DNA of 45,563 nucleotides, from assembly GCA_043727235.1 (NCBI GenBank), contig JAYSYX010000048.1, positions 1-45,563 of the forward strand, given 5' to 3'. The translations under genes were made by a program, and so were the position numbers. The stretch's first letter is position 1. Each line of letters begins with the position of its first letter. Of the stretch, positions 33,959 to 42,821 are shown piece after piece. The notes under the pieces are model-generated. The model was not told the origin of the DNA and searched no databases. It saw nothing but the letters and a program-made list of their open reading frames with translations. The DNA comes from Bacteroidota bacterium (GTDB lineage: Bacteria > Bacteroidota > Bacteroidia > Chitinophagales > BACL12).

Positions 33959-36805
33959 TTAGCGTATTAGCGTAACATTCCCCATTTGCGTTAATTTCTG
34001 GCCGGTTTCGAATTGCACTTCTACAACATAAGCATAAACTCCGTTGTTGAGCACTTTGCCATTCATTGTTCCATCCCAGCCGTTGCTTAAATCGTAAGGA
34101 GAAACATTTTCTCTTATGTATATCATTTCTCCCCAACGATCGAAAACAGAAATTTTTGTTACCAGTGTTAGGTTATATCCGAATACAAAAAACACATCAT
34201 TATTTCCGTCACTATTTGGAGTAAATGTATTAGGAACAAATAAAATATTTCCCGGATCGGGTAATACAGTTACAAATGCATTATCAGAAGCAATACATCC
34301 ATTTTCATCAACAGAAGTAATAATATAATCGGTTGTATATGGTGGAAGAATTGTTGTTATCGGACAATTAATACAATCCACTCCGTCAGTTGGGCTCCAT
34401 GTATAATCACCACCTGCGTCGCTGAATAAAATAATATCCTCACCATAATAAACAGTAGTATCTCCCCATGCCGTTGCATAATTATCGTCAACAGAAGTTA
34501 TCACACTTATCGTATTAAAACATCCGTTCACATCGGTGTAATCGTATGTTAAAGTATAAGGTCCGCCGACGCCTGCAAGAGAGGTGACAAATTGATCTCC
34601 GGCAGTTCCTGTGCCGCTGTAAATTCCTCCGGCCGGCGTTGCGTTAAGTGTAATAAATCCTTCCTCCAGACAGAAGATATCATCTATGATCCAGTTTAAT
34701 ACAGGTAATGGATGTACTGTGAGATTTACAGTAACAAGTGAATCACAACCATTTACGCTGATATATGGATAATTAGTTGTTCCACTCACACCGGAAATAG
34801 TACCATCAGGTAAAGTATAGGTTTCGCCAATACATACTTCAGGATTTAATATTGTGTTGTATGTAAGATGTACGGTAAGATTAGTTGTAATAATGGAATC
34901 ACAATCATTACTTGTCAATAAATTGGAGATATAAACTCCACTTACATTTACCACTAAACCATCGGGCAAAGTGTAATTCGCATCATCACAAATTGCCGCA
35001 TCAACCGTAATATCAAATATCGGATGTACTAAAATCGTGGTACTTATGGTGGAATCACAACCGGCTCCGGTAATAAGCGTTACATCATAAATTCCCGATG
35101 TTCCAACCGCAACACCATCTGGTAAAATATAGGTTTCTCCGTCGCATAAATGAATTGTTGTTGTAACAACAGGTGTGGGATTTACTGATAAATTTATAGT
35201 ATACGTTGAATCACAACCTGCTCCGGTTACAAATGCATTAAAATATGTTCCTGCTGCACTTACTACTGAACCGTCGGGAAGTATATAACTTGCTCCGGTG
35301 CAAATAGAGGGATTTAATGTAAATGCATAAACAGAATTAACAACAAGATTTGTAGTAATAGTAGAATCACAACCGTTTACAGTGCTAAGTGTTGTTGTGT
35401 AGATTCCACCGGTATATACATTCGTTCCATCGGGAAGTGCATAAGGATCACCTAAACAGACTTCTGCATCGACAGTAATTGCAAAAATTGGATATATAGT
35501 TACTATATAAGTTGAAGAAACATCAGGACAAGCAGTTCCGCTCAATACAAAATTTGTAATTGTATAAGTTCCGGGTGTGGAAGCATCCAGATCAATAACT
35601 CCTGTAAGTGGATCAATAACCAAACCTGCCGGAGCAGCTGAAAAAGTTCCAAGTGTTGCACCTAAAGCTGCGGATGGTGATGGATCTGTTTCATTAGCGC
35701 AAAAAGGCGAACCTGTATAACTGAAATTAGCAAAAGGAGGATCGCTGATAATTACAGTTAAAGTATAAATTGCTGTATCGCCATAACAAATTCCGGTGAG
35801 CAGCGTATTGGTATATTCGTAAGTTCCCGGATTGGATGCGTCGAGATCTATCACACCGGTAAGTGGATCAAATACCAGTCCCGCCGGGGTTGCAGTAAAA
35901 ATTCCAGCATCTGCTCCCGGAGCATAAACAGGACTCGGATCCGGATCGGTGGAGCAAAATTCTGCAAATAAGCCGAGAGGATATCCAGGAAAGGTAAAAT
36001 CTGCAAGAAAATTGGTAATTAGACTTTTTGCTTTTATAAAAACTCCGGAATCCCAAACAAAATCAGACTCGTCGCCGATTGATAATTTAAGATGGTACCA
36101 TTCGCAGGGTGTAACTTCAGCCTGAGCAGATAAAACTGTTGTGAAACCATCATACTCAATATAATATGGATCTGATCCCCAAACTCCAACTCCACCTGTC
36201 CCATTGGGTATGTAATACATTGGATAACTTCCCGCATTCACATTATCAATTGTTACCGGAAGAGTTGTTCCGGGAATAAGTGCAATATTTGTTGGAACAG
36301 CAAAACCCGGTCCGCTGATCCAAAAAACGAATGCATCGTTAATTGACCCTACATATTCCGGATATTCATCAGAACCAAAAACATAATCAAAACCTAAACT
36401 ATCGCCCGGTGAATAAACATCAAACTCGAGAATACATGCGTCATGTGTAACACCAACGCCGGGATAAGCATCGAGATCAGGGTCTCCGGGCCAACCATTA
36501 CTGGTTCCGGTGCTTCCACTGTTATTCGGTCCGGTAATATTTGTCACTCGACCTGTTGTGAGAATAATTCCGCTATCGATACCTACATTACAGTCAACAC
36601 ATTCAAATTTTCCAAAAGCAAGATTATGGCAATTTATAACTGCATTATCAATTATAACACCATCACCTGCCAAATAGGTTGCTATCTCATCAGCAGAGTA
36701 TCCTGTTGATGATGTTATCTGGCCGACTAAATTTGTTGCAGGTATTAAAACCACCAACAAAATAATTAATATGTGTTGCTTAAATGGACAAATTGTAACC
36801 TGCAT
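33959..36805 (-). CDS. choice-of-anchor-L-like domain protein with Cys-pair repeats and T9SS type B (gliding-type) C-terminal domain
   Basis: Likely start ATG 36805 (MQVTICPFKQHILIILLVVLIPATNLVGQ); the ORF is open to 36910. The N-domain has motifs GIILTTG..., FDYVFGSDEYPEYVGSINDAFVFWISGPG, NIALIPGT..PVTIDNVN and YDGFTTVL. Then come 2 x ~75-aa and 5 x ~52-aa repeats. The C-terminus LFVPNTFTPNSDGNNDVFFV...FDRWGEMIY...WDGTMNGKVLNNGVYAYVV matches the gliding-motility-associated CTD pattern. Confidence 0.85.
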   Translation of the reverse strand: MQVTICPFKQHILIILLVVLIPATNLVGQITSSTGYSADEIATYLAGDGVIIDNAVINCHNLAFGKFECVDCNVGIDSGIILTTGRVTNITGPNNSGSTGTSNGWPGDPDLDAYPGVGVTHDACILEFDVYSPGDSLGFDYVFGSDEYPEYVGSINDAFVFWISGPGFAVPTNIALIPGTTLPVTIDNVNAGSYPMYYIPNGTGGVGVWGSDPYYIEYDGFTTVLSAQAEVTPCEWYHLKLSIGDESDFVWDSGVFIKAKSLITNFLADFTFPGYPLGLFAEFCSTDPDPSPVYAPGADAGIFTATPAGLVFDPLTGVIDLDASNPGTYEYTNTLLTGICYGDTAIYTLTVIISDPPFANFSYTGSPFCANETDPSPSAALGATLGTFSAAPAGLVIDPLTGVIDLDASTPGTYTITNFVLSGTACPDVSSTYIVTIYPIFAITVDAEVCLGDPYALPDGTNVYTGGIYTTTLSTVNGCDSTITTNLVVNSVYAFTLNPSICTGASYILPDGSVVSAAGTYFNAFVTGAGCDSTYTINLSVNPTPVVTTTIHLCDGETYILPDGVAVGTSGIYDVTLITGAGCDSTISTTILVHPIFDITVDAAICDDANYTLPDGLVVNVSGVYISNLLTSNDCDSIITTNLTVHLTYNTILNPEVCIGETYTLPDGTISGVSGTTNYPYISVNGCDSLVTVNLTVHPLPVLNWIIDDIFCLEEGFITLNATPAGGIYSGTGTAGDQFVTSLAGVGGPYTLTYDYTDVNGCFNTISVITSVDDNYATAWGDTTVYYGEDIILFSDAGGDYTWSPTDGVDCINCPITTILPPYTTDYIITSVDENGCIASDNAFVTVLPDPGNILFVPNTFTPNSDGNNDVFFVFGYNLTLVTKISVFDRWGEMIYIRENVSPYDLSNGWDGTMNGKVLNNGVYAYVVEVQFETGQKLTQMGNVTLIR

Positions 36806-36973
36806 TTCGATTGTGTTGATCGGTAACAGGGCTAAACAAGGGTATAAATTTACGATAACTTTACATAAATTTCCAAAAAGATGTATTTCATAACACTTAA
36901 ATTTATCCACTGTATAGTAATTGCCTTTTATGTACTTACTACATTTACAGCTTGTTCCACAACAAACAATATT

Positions 36974-37360
36974 ATGAAGAAAGTTATATACACCCCAAAT
37001 GCGCCATCCCCCATAGGGCCGTATTCTCAGGCCATTGAAGCGAACGGTTTCGTTTATGTTTCCGGGCAGATAGCAATTGATCCGGCTACTAATGAGATTT
37101 ACACAGGTTCCGATATTAAAGTGGAGACCACTCAGGTAATGGAAAATTTAAAAGCCATAATTACCGCTGCCGATTGTTCGATGAAAGATGTTGTGAAATG
37201 CACCATTTTTTTGAGGGATATGGGTGATTTTGCAGAAGTTAATTCCGTTTACGCCGAATATTTTCCCGAATATGCACCTGCAAGAGAAACAGTTGCAGTG
37301 GTGGGATTGCCCAAGAATGCTAGAGTGGAGATTAGTGCGGTGGTGGGGAAGGGGGAGTGA
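36974..37360 (+). CDS. ridA: RidA/YjgF-family reactive-intermediate deaminase
   Basis: From M32 of the ORF: MKKVIYTPNAPSPIGPYSQAIEANGFVYVSGQIAIDP...VVKCTIFLRDMGDFAEVNSVYAEYF...PARETVAVVGLPKNARVEISAVV. This is the canonical RidA length and motifs. Confidence 0.9.
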   Translation: MKKVIYTPNAPSPIGPYSQAIEANGFVYVSGQIAIDPATNEIYTGSDIKVETTQVMENLKAIITAADCSMKDVVKCTIFLRDMGDFAEVNSVYAEYFPEYAPARETVAVVGLPKNARVEISAVVGKGE

Positions 37361-37485
37361 GCAGTGGGCAGTGGCAGTGGGCAGTTTGCACTATTGCAAA
37401 TTGTGCTTCGAAATGCAAGTTTTCGATTAGTCAACAGTGGGCAGTGGGCAGTTTGTAACATTGATGATTGATGCTTCGAATTAAA
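37361..37485 (+). repeat. family-C repeat, two copies
   Basis: Copy 1 is (G)CAGTGGGCAGTGGCAGTGGGCAGTTTGCACTATTG...TGCTTCGAAAT (37361-~37425). Copy 2 is CAGTGGGCAGTGGGCAGTTTGTAACATTG...TGCTTCGAATT (37435-37485). They start right at the ridA stop. Confidence 0.7.
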
Positions 37486-37540
37486 TGGTTACTATAATTT
37501 ATAATGAGAACAATAGCTCCCCTTTGGGGCTAGGGGCCAA

Positions 37541-37640
37541 GAACAATAAACAGAACGACAACACGGAAGATATTTCTTGTAGTAAAGAGGGAGAAATATC
37601 AAATAACAATCAAAAAAATAAAAAATGATAATCGGATTGT
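37541..37640 (+). repeat. family-E ~100-bp repeat, copy E1
   Basis: GAACAATAAACAGAACGACAACACGGAAGATATTTC..GTAGTAAAGAGGGAGAAATATCAAATAACAATCAAAAAAATAAAAAATGATAATCGGATTG. It is ~85% identical by eye to 38849-38946 and more distantly similar to 38690-38784. Confidence 0.75.
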
Positions 37641-37703
37641 TGTGTGTGATGAGGATGGTAACGCTATTATAAAAAATTTGTTATAATTGACTAATTTAAA
37701 TCG

Positions 37704-38612
37704 ATGAAATATTCGCTGCATTCTAAACTCATAGCTTATGCCTCATTTTCTTGTTGTTTTTTATCTGTAAAACAAAAAGGCGAAGCACAAGTGATTTATG
37801 TAGATATTGACCCCGATATTGTGGTTGGTGACCTTGGAGTTCTTTATCCATTAGATTTGGATGAAAATGGATCAATGGACTTTTCTTTTTTACATTCTTC
37901 CTATATTTTTTATAGTCCTGGAAATGACTCATACAGACTTAGAAAAGTATTATTAGCAATAGCTAACGATTCTATGAATGCATTTGCAGGGTCTTATCAT
38001 TATATCGGAACCTTTTCAGGTGGTTATTGGCAGTATTAACCCTATGCACTTTCCTATAATTCGAAGATAGATGCTTATTCACCGTGGCAACTTATCGGAG
38101 TGCAAATAATGGCATTAATTACAATAGATTCCGATGACGGATTTGTTCATATCGCACCGTTTCCGAATTGGTATAATAGTGTTATAAATGAAACAATTGA
38201 TCATTATTTGGGAGTTAAATTTATCGATAATGATAGTTTCAACCATTATGGGTGGATACGATGTGATGTGATTGACTCCGGGGAAACACTAATATTAAAG
38301 GATTATGCTTATAATAGTTTGCCTGATGTTGGTCTATATGCCGGAGAGTTAATCAGTAACATCAATGAAGTATCTGAAAATAATGAAATAGTGATATATA
38401 CCTATAACGATGAATTATATATAATTATGCAGGATCTTATCAGGCCAGATGCCAAATTAAATATTTACAATATAAATGGTGCACTCGTTTTTACCTCTGA
38501 TTTAAAAAACAATTTTTCGACATTTGATTTACATAATTTAGACGGTGGATATTATTTAGTTGAAGTGAAAAATGAAGCAAAAAGAGTTATCAATAAAATA
38601 TTTATCCAATAA
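37704..38612 (+). pseudogene. T9SS cargo gene interrupted by a single in-frame TAA (38037-38039)
   Basis: ORFs 37704-38039 and 38100-38612 are in the same frame, and codons 38040-38099 contain no further stop. The first part carries the signal peptide and VIYVDIDPDIVV..LDLDENGSMDF. The second carries HYLGVKFIDNDSFNHYGWIRCDV and a CTD-like end (..GGYYLVEVKNEAKRVINKIFIQ). Read through, it is one ~302-aa protein. Confidence 0.7.
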
Positions 38613-38622
38613 TAACGAACCG

Positions 38623-38647
38623 ACCTGCCGGCATGCGCCAGGCAGGT
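38623..38647 (+). terminator. possible stem-loop after the interrupted gene
   Basis: ACCTGCC-GGCATGCGCCA-GGCAGGT, 11 nt after the stop. It is followed by an A-run rather than a T-run, so this is weak as an intrinsic terminator. Confidence 0.3.
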
Positions 38648-38689
38648 AAAAAACAAGGAATAAAGTATCAGCCAGTTGTCTGACAGGCA

Positions 38690-38946
38690 TTAAACAGATC
38701 GAATACCCGTAAGATTTTCCTTCGTAGTGAAGCGGGAGGAATAAAAAATAACAATCAAAAAATATAAAATGATAATTGGATTGTCAGCCTGGAGGATTAT
38801 CCTCCGCATTAAAACCAGATAAATATCGAATAAAGAACAAGGAATAAAGAACAATAAACACAACGATACCCGGAAGAAATTTCACCGTAGAGAACCGAGA
38901 GAAATATCAAATATCAATCAAAAAATAAAAAATGATAATCGTATCG
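38690..38946 (+). repeat. family-E repeats, copies E2 (38690-38784) and E3 (38849-38946)
   Basis: See E1. Both share ...GTAG..A....G.GA(A)ATA.(C)AAATA.CAATCAAAAAA.ATAAAATGATAAT.G.AT. A short ACAAGGAATAAAG motif precedes both copies. Confidence 0.7.
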
Positions 38947-39234
38947 AAAACCCGTATGATTATCATCCGTATAGTACTTTAATTATGAATTCAATGTTAA
39001 GTGAATCATACTCACCACTCACCACTCACCCAAAGAGTTTTCTATAACTTCGTGAGAAATTTAAAGTATAAAAACAAAGCTCCAATGATACGTGAATCAA
39101 CTAAAAAAGTTAGGTCCGACTTAAAATAGAGTTTAAATGTATAATCAAAAACTCCTATGTTAAATCAGACCAAACTCACTACTCATTTATCTACCATAGC
39201 TTTAGCGAAGGTGGACCGTTCACTACCAACTACC

Positions 39235-39798
39235 TTATTTTGCCGCCTTTGCCATTTCCTGACAATGTTCGGCGTGAGTAAGATGTTCACGTAAACTTGG
39301 CAAAGTATTGCTTGCTAAAGATATAATGGTTGCATTTTCACAATCTGTAACGGCTTTTTCAAACTTATCAATTGCATCTTTGTGTGAGTTTACCATTTGA
39401 TCTGAATAATCCTTATCAAAATCTGCACCTTCCTTTTTAGTAAGATTTTCGTATTTTCTTTCTGCCTCATTATCGGCATATGTTGGAATTGAAACACCCA
39501 TAGTGGTAGCTAGAGCTACAACTTCAGCATGTAATTTTTTGTGATCACCAATTACCATACTTGCCATGTCTTTGGTTTCTTGCATTGTAGCTGAAGACAT
39601 TGCCAATTCAGACACCCGAATTGATTCGAAATTCATAGCAGCTACATATCTCAAAAATTCAGCATCGTCACCACGAACATCTTTTTTTTCATCCTGAGTC
39701 AAACCGTCATCATTCAGATCTGCGCTTTTTGAATTGTTACAGGAAATAATTACAAGTGAGAACACCGGTAACATAAATAATAAACTTTTAATTTTCAT
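39235..39798 (-). CDS. DUF4142-like periplasmic lipoprotein
   Basis: Lipoprotein signal MKIKSLLFMLPVFSLVIISCNNS. The two-halved helical pattern FLRYVAAMNFESIRVSELA...VIGDHKKLHAEVVALA and ...FDKDYSDQMVNSHKDAIDKFEKA...LPSLREHLTHAE matches my recollection of DUF4142. Confidence 0.7.
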   Translation of the reverse strand: MKIKSLLFMLPVFSLVIISCNNSKSADLNDDGLTQDEKKDVRGDDAEFLRYVAAMNFESIRVSELAMSSATMQETKDMASMVIGDHKKLHAEVVALATTMGVSIPTYADNEAERKYENLTKKEGADFDKDYSDQMVNSHKDAIDKFEKAVTDCENATIISLASNTLPSLREHLTHAEHCQEMAKAAK

Positions 39799-39829
39799 AA
39801 AATAATTTTTGTTTGTAAATAAATAATAG

Positions 39830-40075
39830 TTATAAATAGGATGATGGAATTAATTTTTTATATTCATCAAGTTGCAAATCTGAGTCTTTGTCCTTTTCAT
39901 TTTCCAGACATTCTTCGAAATCCACAAATGAATGCCATATTTCTCTGTTATAAAAGGATAAAAAATGACGCGTTTCAGCATTAAAAAAAGCAAATGCCTT
40001 TTGATCCTCAATTAATTTATCCGATAAATCAATAAATTTTATCATTCTCCTCAGTTTTGATGCATAAGAGTGCAT
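39830..40075 (-). CDS. small hypothetical protein
   Basis: 81-aa ORF, possibly starting at the internal MIKFIDLSDK.. Acidic, with no signal peptide and no family recognised. Confidence 0.4.
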   Translation of the reverse strand: MHSYASKLRRMIKFIDLSDKLIEDQKAFAFFNAETRHFLSFYNREIWHSFVDFEECLENEKDKDSDLQLDEYKKLIPSSYL

Positions 40076-40152
40076 TTTTTATTCCAATTGAAGGAAATGC
40101 CTTAAAAGCACGATTATATTTTAAAAGCCGCTATAATAAGGCGGATATTCCA

Positions 40153-40443
40153 CTACACAACTGTGGAAATTAATACACGAATAGAAGAATTTGTATCATA
40201 TAAACCATTGATTATGTGACATTTCAAGATTATCACCCCATCCAATTTTGAGAAAACTACAAACACTTCATCAAAACCCTTATAGCCTTGTCGAATATTG
40301 CATAAACATCTATCGTCTATTAATGGCAACCAAATGTCAGGCGCAAAAGGACCTGCATCGGTAGTTATTAATATTATTGGTTTTAATTTTGCCAATTCAA
40401 CTTGTTCGGGTTTATGTTTTGGGTAGCACATTAACAAATTCAT
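40153..40443 (-). CDS. small hypothetical protein, possibly the 3' part of a frameshifted gene starting at 40519
   Basis: 96-aa ORF. An upstream 35-codon ORF (40519-40412, MKFSNKFFKKFETIQPEDKYLITITDEFVNVLPKT*) overlaps its start in another frame. Confidence 0.45.
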   Translation of the reverse strand: MNLLMCYPKHKPEQVELAKLKPIILITTDAGPFAPDIWLPLIDDRCLCNIRQGYKGFDEVFVVFSKLDGVIILKCHIINGLYDTNSSIRVLISTVV

Positions 40444-40542
40444 CTGTGATTGTAATCAGATATTTGTCCTCTGGCTGAATGGTTTCAAATTTCTTAAAAA
40501 ATTTGTTCGAGAACTTCATTACAACAAACCAGATATATTTTT

Positions 40543-41466
40543 TTAATTAGTGGCGGAGGTATTAATGTTAGCTTCCACTTTATTTTTATCCTTTCTCCCC
40601 GAATAATTCAACACATAGATCCCCAACAAAATAAACAGCATACCTATCAAATGGTGAAAAAACAATTTCTCCCCATCTAAAAATCCTATTATTATTGCCA
40701 CTATCGGTATGAGATAAGTTACCAACGATCCGAATATTGCATCTGTTCGCTGAACCAAAGCATAATAACCTATGGATGCAATTACGGTTCCGAAAAATGA
40801 TAGGGCAAGAATACTCGATAAACTGATCCTGAAAAATTCATCATTTGCGTGCGACATAAAATCAGTACTGAATAAATAGATCACTGCTGGAATTCCGATA
40901 AAAGAAAATCCCACCGCACCTAAAACCAATGCATGTGCTGTTTGTAAATAACGTTTTACAATATTGGCACTTGTTGCATAACTTATTGTTGCTGCAAATA
41001 TTGGCAATGCGTATAATAAATTACTTTGTCCTCCCTCTGCATGATCAAATACAACCAAAACCACTGCACCGGCCAATGCAATAACCAATCCCAACAATTT
41101 ATTTTTTTCAAATTTCATTCCGAAAAGCAAAACTCCAAGTACGAATGTAAATACAGGAGTTAAAGAATTTAATACACCGGTAACTCCACTTTCAATATGT
41201 GTTTGCGAGTAGGTAAAACAAAAGGCAGGTAATCCGCTTCCGAAAAATCCAACCATGCAATAATATTTTATTTCACTTCTTTTTATTTTTTTATAATGGA
41301 TGAAAATAAAAGGAAGAGTAGCAATAAAGGAAAAAGAAATACGAATGGCGGCAACCTGATCCCAGGTAAAAGTTTTTAAACCATATTTCATAAAAATGAA
41401 AGAGAATCCCCAGATCAGACTGAGAAGAACGAGAAGGAGCCAGTTTTTGGAGGAATATTTTTGCAT
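40543..41466 (-). CDS. DMT-superfamily (EamA-like) transporter
   Basis: 307 aa with ~10 hydrophobic helices in two similar halves. The N-terminus WLLLVLLSLIWGFSFIFMKYGL is typical of EamA domains. Confidence 0.85.
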   Translation of the reverse strand: MQKYSSKNWLLLVLLSLIWGFSFIFMKYGLKTFTWDQVAAIRISFSFIATLPFIFIHYKKIKRSEIKYYCMVGFFGSGLPAFCFTYSQTHIESGVTGVLNSLTPVFTFVLGVLLFGMKFEKNKLLGLVIALAGAVVLVVFDHAEGGQSNLLYALPIFAATISYATSANIVKRYLQTAHALVLGAVGFSFIGIPAVIYLFSTDFMSHANDEFFRISLSSILALSFFGTVIASIGYYALVQRTDAIFGSLVTYLIPIVAIIIGFLDGEKLFFHHLIGMLFILLGIYVLNYSGRKDKNKVEANINTSATN

Positions 41467-41479
41467 GGGCGATTTCTTT

Positions 41480-41797
41480 CAATGAGTAATGAGTTATGAG
41501 TAATGAGTTTACTCAATCGCGCATTATACATTTATTTCAAATTGGTAAATATTACTTTCCTGAACGACTAAAATTATCAATCCAACGATGGTGCCACTCA
41601 TTACTCATCACTCATTACTCATTGAATGAGTAATGAGTTTAGCCCTGCTAGCATCATACTATTATTTCTTCATGTGACATTTTACTTTCATGAAGGAATA
41701 AAATTATCCATCCATCGAATAACCCCCTTCATATTCCTTACATCACCTTCCTTCCTTTTTTCCCTTAGACCCTTATCCTTCGAATCTTCATTACTCA
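41480..41797. repeat. family-D MITE-like units (two in tandem) with (ACTCATn)4 terminal inverted repeats
   Basis: The left arm (41480-41508, CAATGAGTAATGAGTTATGAGTAATGAGT) and right arm (41596-41624, ACTCATTACTCATCACTCATTACTCATTG) are reverse complements at 28/29 positions and flank 87 nt. A second unit starts at 41625 with AATGAGTAATGAGTTT, has a related interior, and ends with CATTACTCATCA at the obg stop codon. Confidence 0.7.
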
Positions 41798-42787
41798 TCA
41801 ATTCAGCTCCTGCCAGATAACATCCTTCAGTTTATCCAAATTCTTTCCCGTGTGTGAGGAAATAAATATCGGTTCGAGTTTTTTGGGTAATTCTTTTTTA
41901 AGCATTTTTTCTAGCTCGGCATCAATAAGGTCGCATTTTGTAATTGCGAGGATTATTTTTTTCGACAATAATTCTTTGTTATATTTTTTTAATTCGCTGA
42001 GCAGAATTTTATAGGTTGTTTTGATATCCTTATCCTCACAACTGATCAAAAAAAGTAAGGCGGAATTTCTTTCAATATGTTTTAAAAATCGAATTCCCAA
42101 TCCTTTGCCTTCACTTGCACCTTCAATTATTCCCGGAATATCCGCCATAATAAAAGATTTATGACCGCGATAGGAAACGATACCTAAATTCGGCACCAAA
42201 GTGGTGAATGCATAATCGGCAATTTCGGGTTTTGCAGCGGATAAAACGGATAATAAAGTAGATTTTCCTGCATTTGGAAAACCCACTAATCCCACATCTG
42301 CCAATACCTTTAATTCAAGAATTTTCCATGATTCAATTCCCGGTTCACCGGGTTGAGCATATCTGGGAGTTTGTTTTGTGGGTGATTTAAAATTATTGTT
42401 TCCCAAACCACCTCTTCCTCCGGGTATCCAAACAATTTCCTGACCATCATCCACAATTTCAGCTTCAATTGCACCTGTTATAAAATCTTTTGCAACAGTT
42501 CCAAGCGGGACTTCAAGAATAATATCTTCACCCTCCTTACCGGTGCGCAACTGACCTACTCCGTAATCTCCGGCTTTTGCAATAATATGTTTGCGGTATT
42601 TTAGGTGTAAAAGGGTCCATAATTGAGCATTTCCCTTTAAAATAATATGACCTCCCCTGCCGCCATCACCACCATCGGGTCCGCCGTTCATCGTATTTTT
42701 ATCGCGGTGAAAATGCACACTTCCTGCACCTCCATTGCCACTTTTGCAATGAATTTTTACGTAATCAACAAAGTTTTGTTTTTCCAT
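41798..42787 (-). CDS. obg: GTPase Obg/CgtA
   Basis: Obg-fold Gly-rich N-terminus ([32 protein letters not shown]) and a G domain with [11 protein letters not shown] and DIPGIIEGA. Confidence 0.95.
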   Translation of the reverse strand: MEKQNFVDYVKIHCKSGNGGAGSVHFHRDKNTMNGGPDGGDGGRGGHIILKGNAQLWTLLHLKYRKHIIAKAGDYGVGQLRTGKEGEDIILEVPLGTVAKDFITGAIEAEIVDDGQEIVWIPGGRGGLGNNNFKSPTKQTPRYAQPGEPGIESWKILELKVLADVGLVGFPNAGKSTLLSVLSAAKPEIADYAFTTLVPNLGIVSYRGHKSFIMADIPGIIEGASEGKGLGIRFLKHIERNSALLFLISCEDKDIKTTYKILLSELKKYNKELLSKKIILAITKCDLIDAELEKMLKKELPKKLEPIFISSHTGKNLDKLKDVIWQELN

Positions 42788-42821
42788 TATAGAGCGGGTT
42801 TCCCTGCCTTTTCCCCCTTAT

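Noticed and set aside
37505-37540. GC-richer segment GCTCCCCTTTGGGGCTAGGGGCC considered as a tRNA or small structured RNA
   Set aside because: Only a short hairpin is present. I could derive no cloverleaf, anticodon arm or T-loop consensus. No tRNA or rRNA-like sequence was found elsewhere in the window either.
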